IMG/VR virus record: IMGVR_UViG_3300027759_000402
Span: 1 to 24,558 of that record
Source of the DNA: a virus
Taxonomy: Duplodnaviria; Caudoviricetes
DNA length: 24,558 bases
Strand: one strand, 5' to 3'
Positions 16,211 through 24,377 of this stretch are shown here, piece after piece (the first letter of the stretch is position 1; the number at the start of each line of letters is the position of its first letter). Made by a program: the position numbers and the translations under genes. The notes under the pieces were generated by a model that saw nothing but the letters and a program-made list of their open reading frames with translations, was not told where the DNA came from and made no database searches.

Positions 16211-16836
16211 GGATAACTCCGACTAATGCCTGATAACGGATAGCTGTTACTAACACCACTTAACGGCATAGTGTCCGTTAATCCTGCTAACTCATAGCCT
16301 CTAGCAATGCCGTTTAACTCAAACGCTCTGCTTATGCCTGCGAGTGGGTATTTGATGATGCTGAGATAATCCAGCGAAGCATCTAATCCAGTTAAGCTGT
16401 AAGCGCCATACGCACAGGCCATTGCATAATTGGCACGCCCTGCTAGGTAATTTAATGCAGCCGTTTTTCCTGATAATGAATAACTGCTTGAGTTTGCGTT
16501 AAGGTTACGCGAGTAAACGAACGATGATGCTTTGCCGGTTAGTGTGTACGTTGCTGGTGAGCAACTCAGCTTTCGAGCAACCGATAATATTGATGACTGA
16601 CCAGCGACCGAATAAACGCCTTTTGCTGCGGCTAATTTTCGAGCGATTGAAAAAGTAACCGGCAAACCTGTTAGCGCATAACTTCCTTTGGCTGCTGTGA
16701 GCTTGTGCGCTAGTTTTAATGTTGCAGATTGACCAGTAACCGAATACGCGCCTGCTGCCCCAGTTAAGCTGTAACTGGTATTCGAGCTGACGACATAGCC
16801 CGCTACCCAATAGCCCGCTACAACATAATCATCCAT
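16207..16836 (-). CDS. Repeat-rich virion structural protein
   Basis: Six about 22-aa repeats (LxAxxGxYxLTGxxxxL) and five 9-aa repeats (YPLxGISRx); TGATG overlap with the upstream gene. Confidence 0.75.
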   Translation of the reverse strand: MDDYVVAGYWVAGYVVSSNTSYSLTGAAGAYSVTGQSATLKLAHKLTAAKGSYALTGLPVTFSIARKLAAAKGVYSVAGQSSILSVARKLSCSPATYTLTGKASSFVYSRNLNANSSSYSLSGKTAALNYLAGRANYAMACAYGAYSLTGLDASLDYLSIIKYPLAGISRAFELNGIARGYELAGLTDTMPLSGVSNSYPLSGISRSYP

Positions 16837-17252
16837 CAGGCGACTGAAAACACGCCATTCGTGGCATCAAGGTTGACGGTAAAAGTATCGGCATTTGTAC
16901 CGTTCATTACGACGTTACTGCCATAATCCCAATAACCAAATGGAACGCCTGTCGTTGAGTTATACAAGATTGCATAACGGAAAGTGAAGCCAGCGCCTGT
17001 GGCTGTCCATGCTGCTGGATTAGCCAGTACGAGCTTATAAGTGCCTGCCGTTTGTGCGCTAGTGATCGTTGCACAAGCATTGCCGCCTGCTGTATAGCCT
17101 GCCGCTGTTGCAAGGTCGGTTGTGCCTGCGACAAATGCTGTATCGGCTATGTTGACCGTTAAAGCCAGTGCCACTTTCCACGCATCCGTTCCAGCGTTTA
17201 CGCCTTCTGCTAGTGGTTCAACTGCTGCTGTATATTTAACGTAAGCTGCCAT
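16836..17252 (-). CDS. Small beta-rich virion structural protein (decoration or appendage base candidate)
   Basis: AGGA RBS; KVAL, GYTAGG, FRYAILYN, GYWDYGS, FTVNLDA.NGV motifs; first gene after the capsid gene. Confidence 0.75.
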   Translation of the reverse strand: MAAYVKYTAAVEPLAEGVNAGTDAWKVALALTVNIADTAFVAGTTDLATAAGYTAGGNACATITSAQTAGTYKLVLANPAAWTATGAGFTFRYAILYNSTTGVPFGYWDYGSNVVMNGTNADTFTVNLDATNGVFSVA

Positions 17253-17274
17253 TAATTATCCTAGTTAGTGTTCT

Positions 17275-17303
17275 AAGAAATGCCCACTCAAAAGAATGGG
17301 CAT
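17275..17303 (-). terminator. Intrinsic terminator after major capsid gene
   Basis: Minus strand ATGCCCATTC-TTTT-GAGTGGGCAT (10-bp stem with one G-U pair), then TTCTT. Confidence 0.75.
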
Positions 17304-17313
17304 CGTTTATCGA

Positions 17314-18549
17314 CTAGCCGAGTAATATTGCTGCGTGGTCAGGTTTCCACATTTTCCCGCCATAGACGCAGGAAATATCGAACATTGCTTTTTTGTAGCC
17401 TTTATAAGCTGATACATCAAAGCTCAAGCCAGAATGTGGGTCTTGAACGGTCATTTGGTCGTCAGCATCATCACCGCCCATTGGTAGAGCGATTGGGCGT
17501 ACTGCCAACTCAAAGCAACCTTTGTGCAATACGATGTTGCTAGTGGATGTTGCGCCCACTGTCAAAGCGACTGCGGATGCTGCAAGCGGTAAGCGTAAGC
17601 CAGGTGCATTAAGTGATATTGTGCCAGCAGCGGTAACACCAACGGCTACAACGTACTTGTTATTGTCACCCGTGAAAGTCACTACGTCACCCGCCAAAAT
17701 AGTGCCGGTGCCTGTAATGACCGCAATATCAGTTGCGCCTACAGCATAACCAGCCGCACTTGATGTGTACGATGCGCCTGTTCCCTTAGTGACCGCGATG
17801 GGTGCTGCTGATTCTTTCAACATAATGCGTTGTAAGTTAAGCAGTTCGCCTTGACGTAATAATGAGGAATCGCCAGAGGTATTAACTTGCTGTAATTGAG
17901 CCAAGTTGCGAAGCTTAGTGCCTGCAATGGTGTTCATTACTAGCGTTAATTGGCCGTCATCTGGGCAGCCGTTGTCGATTAAAATCTGACGAAGTTCAGC
18001 GATTTCATTAAAGTTAGCAGCGAATGGGGTTGTGCCAGCCGTACCAAATGCGCGTGATGCGCCTTTATAAGCCAATCTCCAAGCGTATGCTTCAATCTGG
18101 TTAGTGATAGCACGCATTGCTTGGGCGATTTGATCGCCATAGATGCTGGTATAGCCAGCGCCATTGTCAACGTGCTTGATGTCTTCACCCGTCCAAGGAA
18201 TCTTAACCGAGGCAGTTTGGTCAAGTGTCATTGTTTTGTTGTCAACTGTCTGGTCGTTACCTTCTGGGATAACCATCGAAGGGGTGATAGTTCCAACAGC
18301 CGCTGTGCGAGTAAATGCTGACCGGATAACGTCGCCAATGGCAACCGCTTCTGCACCTGCGTTAATGGTAACTGATGGAATAACCCCGACTAATTCCCGA
18401 CCGACTGTGTCCGCTGCTTTATAAATATCAGCCGATAATGATGTCAGGACGTTTACTGTCATAATGTAACCTGATCGGTACATCCACATAAACAGCATGT
18501 CATGTAACATAGCCGCCATTGCCACAAATAGAGTCTTAATAATTTTCAT
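17314..18549 (-). CDS. Major capsid protein (P22 coat-protein-like)
   Basis: NVLTSL.ADIYKAAD.VGRELVG.IP, QIAQAMRAITNQIE, DPHSGLSF, WKPDH..ILLG motifs; follows scaffold and is followed by a terminator. AGGA RBS at the first ATG; alternative start ATG 18462. Confidence 0.9.
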   Translation of the reverse strand: MKIIKTLFVAMAAMLHDMLFMWMYRSGYIMTVNVLTSLSADIYKAADTVGRELVGVIPSVTINAGAEAVAIGDVIRSAFTRTAAVGTITPSMVIPEGNDQTVDNKTMTLDQTASVKIPWTGEDIKHVDNGAGYTSIYGDQIAQAMRAITNQIEAYAWRLAYKGASRAFGTAGTTPFAANFNEIAELRQILIDNGCPDDGQLTLVMNTIAGTKLRNLAQLQQVNTSGDSSLLRQGELLNLQRIMLKESAAPIAVTKGTGASYTSSAAGYAVGATDIAVITGTGTILAGDVVTFTGDNNKYVVAVGVTAAGTISLNAPGLRLPLAASAVALTVGATSTSNIVLHKGCFELAVRPIALPMGGDDADDQMTVQDPHSGLSFDVSAYKGYKKAMFDISCVYGGKMWKPDHAAILLG

Positions 18550-18567
18550 AGCTTTCCTATAGTTGAT

Positions 18568-19188
18568 TTAATCTACAACCGTCCCACCTGACTTGAAAAA
18601 TTCAGCTCGTTCTGAGTGACTTTTCGTATCAAAAGCGTCACGGCTTATTGTTTTTTGTCCGTTATCACTACCTTTGCCACCTGTTGAGCCACCACCCGAG
18701 TTGTTAGGTGCTGTCACAAAGTGCTTGCCGTCTTCCGATGCCGCCCATTCCTTTACAAATTCCGAGACTGTTTTTTCACCAATTTTGGCAACTCTAGTCT
18801 CACCCTCTGCAACGATCTGAGCCTGACTCGAAAACATGGCTTTCGTGGCGGGTAGAAATTGCGGTGCTACACCATTCTTTACAAGTTCGTCAGTCAAGCC
18901 GTTGTCGATTAGCAATTTCTGAGTAAACCCAGTCTCTGCTTTCAGTTGTCCTTGCAGCGTTTCCAGTGTTTTCACTGACTCTTTTGCCGACTTCTGACTG
19001 GCTGAGAGTTCGCCTTGTAGCTTGTCAACTTGCGCCTCAAGATCTACCACCGTTTGCGGGTCAATCTCTTGACCTTTCATGAGCTTCTTGTTTTTATCCA
19101 ATAACTCTTGGTTCTTGGTCTTTAGTCCGCTGGTCGCTGCTTCAACTGCTGCATCTATAGCCGCTTGTACTTCTGGTGTAATGTCCAT
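18568..19188 (-). CDS. Capsid scaffolding protein
   Basis: Coiled coil (GLKTKNQELL), EWAASEDGKHFV.A, Gly-rich linker, C-terminal ..FFKSGGTVVD; directly upstream of the capsid gene. Confidence 0.85.
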   Translation of the reverse strand: MDITPEVQAAIDAAVEAATSGLKTKNQELLDKNKKLMKGQEIDPQTVVDLEAQVDKLQGELSASQKSAKESVKTLETLQGQLKAETGFTQKLLIDNGLTDELVKNGVAPQFLPATKAMFSSQAQIVAEGETRVAKIGEKTVSEFVKEWAASEDGKHFVTAPNNSGGGSTGGKGSDNGQKTISRDAFDTKSHSERAEFFKSGGTVVD

Positions 19189-19246
19189 TGTGTCCCCTTG
19201 GGATTTGGAAGGCTTAGCCCGGTTAATCGCCTAACGATTTGAGCGC

Positions 19247-19273
19247 ATTATAACATAATTGCAGTTTTTGCAA
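19247..19273 (-). promoter_or_regulatory. Putative sigma70 promoter for scaffold/capsid/tail genes
   Basis: Minus strand TTGCAA-N15-TATAAT with extended -10 TGtTATAAT; overlapped by palindromes. Confidence 0.7.
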
Positions 19274-19313
19274 TATATTTACTTATTGCAATTTTAGGAG
19301 GAATTTTAGGCAT

Positions 19314-19340
19314 AAAAAAACCAGCGGTTAAGCTGGCTTT
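19314..19340 (-). terminator. Intrinsic terminator after the terminase-portal-MuF unit
   Basis: Minus strand AAAGCCAGC-TTAACC-GCTGG then T7. Confidence 0.85.
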
Positions 19341-19362
19341 GGTATTTGGTAAAGCGGAGTGT

Positions 19363-19638
19363 TTAAGCGAAGAATGTTTTTAATACTAGAGACATGACAC
19401 CGGCAATTATAATACCTAGCATCCATCGATTAAGTTTTAATTCCCCATCAATGCGCTCGAATCTGGCATCTGATCGCAGTTCAGTCTCTTTTAATCGGTG
19501 ATCCAGTGTAATGTTAGATACTAATGTTTCTTGAGCATCAGCAATAACACGTACCATAGCCTCGGCCTGCTCTTGTGGTATGCCTGCGGTTTTGAGTTTG
19601 TCTACCAGCTCTAAGGTGTCAAATGTTATTGTAGTCAT
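19363..19638 (-). CDS. DUF1640 / CCDC90-like membrane-anchored coiled-coil protein
   Basis: TITFDTL..V.KL..AG..QEQAEA head, coiled coil, C-terminal hydrophobic helix RWMLGIIIAGVMSLVLK. Confidence 0.8.
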   Translation of the reverse strand: MTTITFDTLELVDKLKTAGIPQEQAEAMVRVIADAQETLVSNITLDHRLKETELRSDARFERIDGELKLNRWMLGIIIAGVMSLVLKTFFA

Positions 19639-19645
19639 TATGCTT

Positions 19646-19978
19646 TTAATAGGTTACTAATGATTCAATATGAGCATCATTAGAAAATTCCTCATATCCT
19701 TTTGATGTTTTGCTTGGGTAATATTTCTTTAGTTCATTCGGTAAATTATCAAGACCAACAAGCGCTGAAAACTCTGTTTTATTATTTAATGGATCTGTCG
19801 CTGGAATAGTTCCATTAATAGCTTCGCAAATTATAAAACCATCATCAATAGCACAAGCCGCGCTTTCTTTTATAAATGCAGCACTTTGACCTGTTATATC
19901 ACCAGTCTTATCATCCCAGAAAAACAATACATGATCATCATTTGGTAAGGGAATATGAAAATCTATTCTATGGAGCAT
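19646..19978 (-). CDS. Small acidic protein, putative immunity partner of the MuF C-terminal domain
   Basis: 110 aa; overlaps the MuF stop by 11 bp; same AT-rich composition as the MuF extension. Function is inferred from position only. Confidence 0.6.
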   Translation of the reverse strand: MLHRIDFHIPLPNDDHVLFFWDDKTGDITGQSAAFIKESAACAIDDGFIICEAINGTIPATDPLNNKTEFSALVGLDNLPNELKKYYPSKTSKGYEEFSNDAHIESLVTY

Positions 19979-21740
19979 AATTAAATAATAATCCTATAAC
20001 TAAATCAAACAGTTCTCTATCTTTAGATAGCAATTCATTAAATACATCTTTTTTTGTCATAACTGACTCTATACTCATCGTCATGACCTCTAATGCTTGG
20101 CCTGAATACTCTTTACCAAAATAAGCATTAATATAATGATCTTCTTTACAGACCTCTGTCGATCTAAACCCCCTGTTAGGGTAAACATCAGTTAATCGTT
20201 TAAGCTTATCCCCGTTTGTTCTTCTTTTATGCAAATCCTGAAAAATTGCATCAAGATTAGGCAATGCTGACTGTACTCTATGAGATAGTTCATGCAATGC
20301 CGTCGATAAATTACCTTTATTAGTTACTATGAATCCAGCATTGTTGCTTCCTTCTTGTACTCCAAACCCCCACTTCTTAAAGTCTACTTTACGACCTGTA
20401 TAGTCTTGATTAAAAGTAACGGCATAAGCTCTATTTGTTGATTCTCTAACAGTTAGAGAGCCAAAATCATCAATCGCTTTTGTCCAGCTATTAGGTATTA
20501 ATTTTGATGCTTCAACAACTAATTTTGATGCCGCATTTCGACTTCCGTAATTTATAATATTAGCACTAATATCTGTTCCAATCTCTTTATTTAATAGTCG
20601 GTTGAGTTCTGTCCTGAACTCTAATTCGCCACTACCTACAGCATTGATAATACTATCCGCTTTTGTTTTACCTAATGCAATATAATCATTAAGAGTTAAT
20701 TGTTTTTTTATATCATACTTAGCCTGCAACTCACTCAACGACAATGGCTTGCCACCGCTTATCATCTGATCCATCGTAATCTTGCCAGACTTCCATAACT
20801 CAGCCCTGCCCTTGCCAAGTGTGCGATCAGCGAACGTGGGATCTGTTTCTGTCTTGCGCTTTAGCCAGTCAGCAAACGTCTTATCTGTTACTTGACCGTC
20901 CATCGAGGCCCGTGTTCCATCCGGCAACTCGTCCATATTAATACCCAGTTCACGCCATGTCTTTAAGACCGGCACCATTGAGCACCGGCATCTGAAATGC
21001 TTGGGTGGTATTTGATACACCATACTGTGATTGATTGGCTTGCTGTCAGTCGTCCAGCGTTTGTTATCTAATGCACCACAAGTCGGGCAGGTTTTACGGT
21101 CCAAGGCGGCTGACCACTCCTTGCCTGCCATAACGTCGTCATTATCAGCAAATATCTTTTCGCGCGTGGTATTAGCGACCGACTGGACCGAAGTATGTAC
21201 CAGCGTCTCCGCATTACGCCTGGATAAATCCAGAACACCACGCACCCGCTTGACTATTTGTGGTGTGGTTTCAGCACCGACTAAGCCCTGACGAACCGCT
21301 GATTGAAACTTAAACGCGGTGTCACCGGCTTGACGACTCCACCAATCGGCTTGAATTGCTCCTTGAATTATCGTGTTACCGGCTAAGGTTTCCAGATAAG
21401 CATCTGTGGGCAATACACCAATAGCTACTTGACCGCCTACCGCCGCACTCAACGACGTCGCTGTGGCTGATGCTGATACTTGCGCCACGCTGGTGGTGGT
21501 ATCTCTCGCGATGCCAGCCGCTTCATCATAATATTGCTTGATAACGGTACTGGCTTCTTTGAGCTGCTTATCAATTCTTGCCTTTGACCAATCGGTTACG
21601 CCATTGGCTACTTTTGCAATGAGTTCTTTCTCAAGATTCTCTAATAGCTTGACGATGGTAGCCCGTGATTCAATCGCCACGCGCTCCATATCTAAATGAA
21701 GCTCGATGGTATCGTCAAACAGAACTTTACTTAACGGCAT
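19968..21740 (-). CDS. MuF / SPP1 gp7-like minor head protein with C-terminal HExxH metallopeptidase-like extension
   Basis: After the portal. MuF motifs W.AALD.KTC..C..LD, PP.HFRCRC, GTRASMDGQV, LG..RA.L. A roughly 245-aa extension carries ALHELSH (20280-20294) and YFGKEY...EVMTMSIE. Start taken at ATG 21740. Confidence 0.88.
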   Translation of the reverse strand: MPLSKVLFDDTIELHLDMERVAIESRATIVKLLENLEKELIAKVANGVTDWSKARIDKQLKEASTVIKQYYDEAAGIARDTTTSVAQVSASATATSLSAAVGGQVAIGVLPTDAYLETLAGNTIIQGAIQADWWSRQAGDTAFKFQSAVRQGLVGAETTPQIVKRVRGVLDLSRRNAETLVHTSVQSVANTTREKIFADNDDVMAGKEWSAALDRKTCPTCGALDNKRWTTDSKPINHSMVYQIPPKHFRCRCSMVPVLKTWRELGINMDELPDGTRASMDGQVTDKTFADWLKRKTETDPTFADRTLGKGRAELWKSGKITMDQMISGGKPLSLSELQAKYDIKKQLTLNDYIALGKTKADSIINAVGSGELEFRTELNRLLNKEIGTDISANIINYGSRNAASKLVVEASKLIPNSWTKAIDDFGSLTVRESTNRAYAVTFNQDYTGRKVDFKKWGFGVQEGSNNAGFIVTNKGNLSTALHELSHRVQSALPNLDAIFQDLHKRRTNGDKLKRLTDVYPNRGFRSTEVCKEDHYINAYFGKEYSGQALEVMTMSIESVMTKKDVFNELLSKDRELFDLVIGLLFNYAP

Positions 21741-23109
21741 TGGCGACAGGTGCAACCAATACAGGTGCTTGCTCTAATATATTTGCCTGTTCATCTTCAA
21801 ACGTCACCTCTGCGGCTATCAATTCACCTTGTTGTAGGTTATTGAATAACGTCATGCTTGATATGCCTCCGGCTTGCCAAGCCCCGACTAACGCCTGTAA
21901 TTCTTGCGGTGTCATCTTGGCAGGGAGATAATCAGTATTGAGCTTGATGGCAACCTCTGGCAAGCCTGCCCATTGGTGCATGAATGAACAAGCCCTTGAT
22001 AATACTTTACCGACTCTATCCGATAATTGCGCCAATACACTAAACTCGCCCGTACTGCGTAGGCTTGCCCCTGTCGCTGTCTCTGCGGTTACGCTGTCAC
22101 TGAGCATCTTTGCGCCTAACGATGCCATTTGTTTTTCTTTTAGTTCAAGACGTCTTTCCAGTGACCCTAGGCCTTGACCCGAAAACTCCAGATACTGTGC
22201 TTTCGCTTGTGGATCTGGAAACACCCAAGCAGAAACGCCACCCACCGATAAAGTCACGCCATCCGGTAGCTGCACACCGGCCAGCCAAGGCTGCGGGATG
22301 CCTGTGTAATGACAGCCATTTTCTAGGTCAGCGGTTGTCATGTAGTGACTGATATTCAAGTCCACCAAATCAATCAGCAAGGGCAATTCGTCAGCATCAC
22401 CTAAAAAGTAGAATGGTATTTCCTTGAGATTAGCGCCATTCATCAACGGGTAAATGTCATCACCGACTTGAACAAAGTATTTATCTTTTTCGATAAACTT
22501 ACGCTGCCGGTAGTTACCCATGTCGTCCAAGTCCAGCACCCGATAAAAACACTGTTCTTCGCCCTCAAACTCTGACTTGGCTATGTATTCGTCTTCTTCA
22601 AGTATTAGCTGTGTGATTCGCTTACCGTCTTTACGCCAGTTAATCACTGAGTCGGCATCGAATAACGCTAGATATGGACGTGCGCCTAATGCCTGAGCCT
22701 GTGCGAGTGTGACTGCTTGAGCCATTGGTGAATGTTCGACCAGTATTCCGCCAAAGCCAGTGACTAAGACTTCCTCTAATACTTCCCCAGCAAACTCAGT
22801 CAAGCTGCAACCATGGCCGGTTACATCGTCCAAGTAAGGTGATGGATTATCAACACTCGGCGGCACTCGCATTATCATACCGGCGAAAGCGTCAACCGTT
22901 CGACTCATTGCTCCATAAAATACAGCGCGTCTTTTATAGGCTTGATATTCTGAATTACTTTGACCGGATAACTCAGGTAAATAAGTTCGACCCGCTTCGT
23001 GGATTGCTGTCTGTCCTTCGCGTGCATCCTCGCATTTATTCCAGATAGACAGCATGTATTCACTTTCTAGGTGGCGTTTGTTGATATTCTTGGCGGTTTC
23101 ACCGTTCAT
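21727..23109 (-). CDS. Portal protein (DUF4055-like)
   Basis: 460 aa after TerL; YLP, Y.AYK.RAVFY, RPY...INW, PLL.DL..LNISHY...AD.E motifs. Confidence 0.9.
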   Translation of the reverse strand: MNGETAKNINKRHLESEYMLSIWNKCEDAREGQTAIHEAGRTYLPELSGQSNSEYQAYKRRAVFYGAMSRTVDAFAGMIMRVPPSVDNPSPYLDDVTGHGCSLTEFAGEVLEEVLVTGFGGILVEHSPMAQAVTLAQAQALGARPYLALFDADSVINWRKDGKRITQLILEEDEYIAKSEFEGEEQCFYRVLDLDDMGNYRQRKFIEKDKYFVQVGDDIYPLMNGANLKEIPFYFLGDADELPLLIDLVDLNISHYMTTADLENGCHYTGIPQPWLAGVQLPDGVTLSVGGVSAWVFPDPQAKAQYLEFSGQGLGSLERRLELKEKQMASLGAKMLSDSVTAETATGASLRSTGEFSVLAQLSDRVGKVLSRACSFMHQWAGLPEVAIKLNTDYLPAKMTPQELQALVGAWQAGGISSMTLFNNLQQGELIAAEVTFEDEQANILEQAPVLVAPVANAVK

Positions 23110-23111
23110 AT

Positions 23112-24377
23112 TTATATTCCTAAAATCTTTAATGATTGATATGGTCGAATGACTGGAAACTCGTATGCTATCGGGTAGCCTGATGCGTCGTTTTGGTGGT
23201 CGAACCCACTCTTTTTATCAGGCTCGCCATTTTTATCGTATGCTTGTTGCTCAAAATTACTGGCCATCGTTTGGCATAATTTAGAGTTAATAAATAACTT
23301 CCCATCTTCAAACTGCTTATTAACAGATAGTATTCGGTCTTTAACGAATGGATTAGTTGACTTAACCCTAACCTCAAACCCTGCTTGTCTCAGTAGTGCA
23401 ATATCTGACACGCTGGCATTGACTGATTTTCTTGATCCACCAGATGCGTCTGGGTAGATAATTATTCGATTGTTTGGCCATCGTTCTTTAATGACATTTA
23501 TCATTGATGGCGTATCAAATACATCATGTAGTTCTGACACACCATGCCAGCCAGTAGATCGCTGAACATAGATGCTTGCAGCCATTTTTCCGACGTTAAA
23601 ATCAAGGCCGATAAACAAAGACTCTTTACCCTGTATTGTTTCTAAAGATTCGCACCGCTGACGATTGTATGACCGATAAACTGTGCCGGTAGTTAAATTA
23701 CAGAACTTGCCATCAATGTAAGCGTCAATTAATTCGGCTGGATAGGTATCAATTAATGATTGTATATATCCGTCAGGTAGGTTTTTAGCGTTAGCTCTTG
23801 TCGATGCTTGGATTAATCCATAAAGACTTGATAGGTTTGGCTTGTTGGCTAACTCTGCAACAAATAACCTATGCGTCTCCCTAAATCCCTCGGGTGTAGT
23901 CGTTACATCGGCGCCATTAGTTGCACCTTGCCAACGCAGACGAGCAATGATCTTTCGCCATGCTTGCTGTGCTTTCTTTGGGTCCAATACATCAAGCTCA
24001 TCAACGAGAGCATGGCCAATTTTGAATCCAACAATAGTTTGCGGTCGCTCCATACTTCGACAAATCGTTGTTCCTCGATATTTACGCCCACTATAAAAAT
24101 GTACTTCCTTGTTTGATTCCATAATGTCAACGCTCAAGCCTAAACCATTGGCGACTTCTTCAATCGTTGGAAAGAAAATATCGCGTATATGCGGATAAGT
24201 GGGTGCAAAATAACCTTGATTAATACCCGGATTGCTCCATATTCTTGCGCACATTGCAGAAGAACCAGCCCACGTCTTTCCGCTTCCATAACCACCAACA
24301 TAGGCTTTAAATTTATGTGGCAATTGAATAAACTCTGATTGCTGAATATTGAGAGCCGGTGAATTACTCGCTTGCAT
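23112..24377 (-). CDS. Terminase large subunit
   Basis: Walker A GGYGSGKT, Walker B ALVDE, TTTPEG coupling motif, nuclease IGLDFN and DH.NDA.GY. Start taken at ATG 24377, overlapping the TerS end. Confidence 0.95.
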   Translation of the reverse strand: MQASNSPALNIQQSEFIQLPHKFKAYVGGYGSGKTWAGSSAMCARIWSNPGINQGYFAPTYPHIRDIFFPTIEEVANGLGLSVDIMESNKEVHFYSGRKYRGTTICRSMERPQTIVGFKIGHALVDELDVLDPKKAQQAWRKIIARLRWQGATNGADVTTTPEGFRETHRLFVAELANKPNLSSLYGLIQASTRANAKNLPDGYIQSLIDTYPAELIDAYIDGKFCNLTTGTVYRSYNRQRCESLETIQGKESLFIGLDFNVGKMAASIYVQRSTGWHGVSELHDVFDTPSMINVIKERWPNNRIIIYPDASGGSRKSVNASVSDIALLRQAGFEVRVKSTNPFVKDRILSVNKQFEDGKLFINSKLCQTMASNFEQQAYDKNGEPDKKSGFDHQNDASGYPIAYEFPVIRPYQSLKILGI

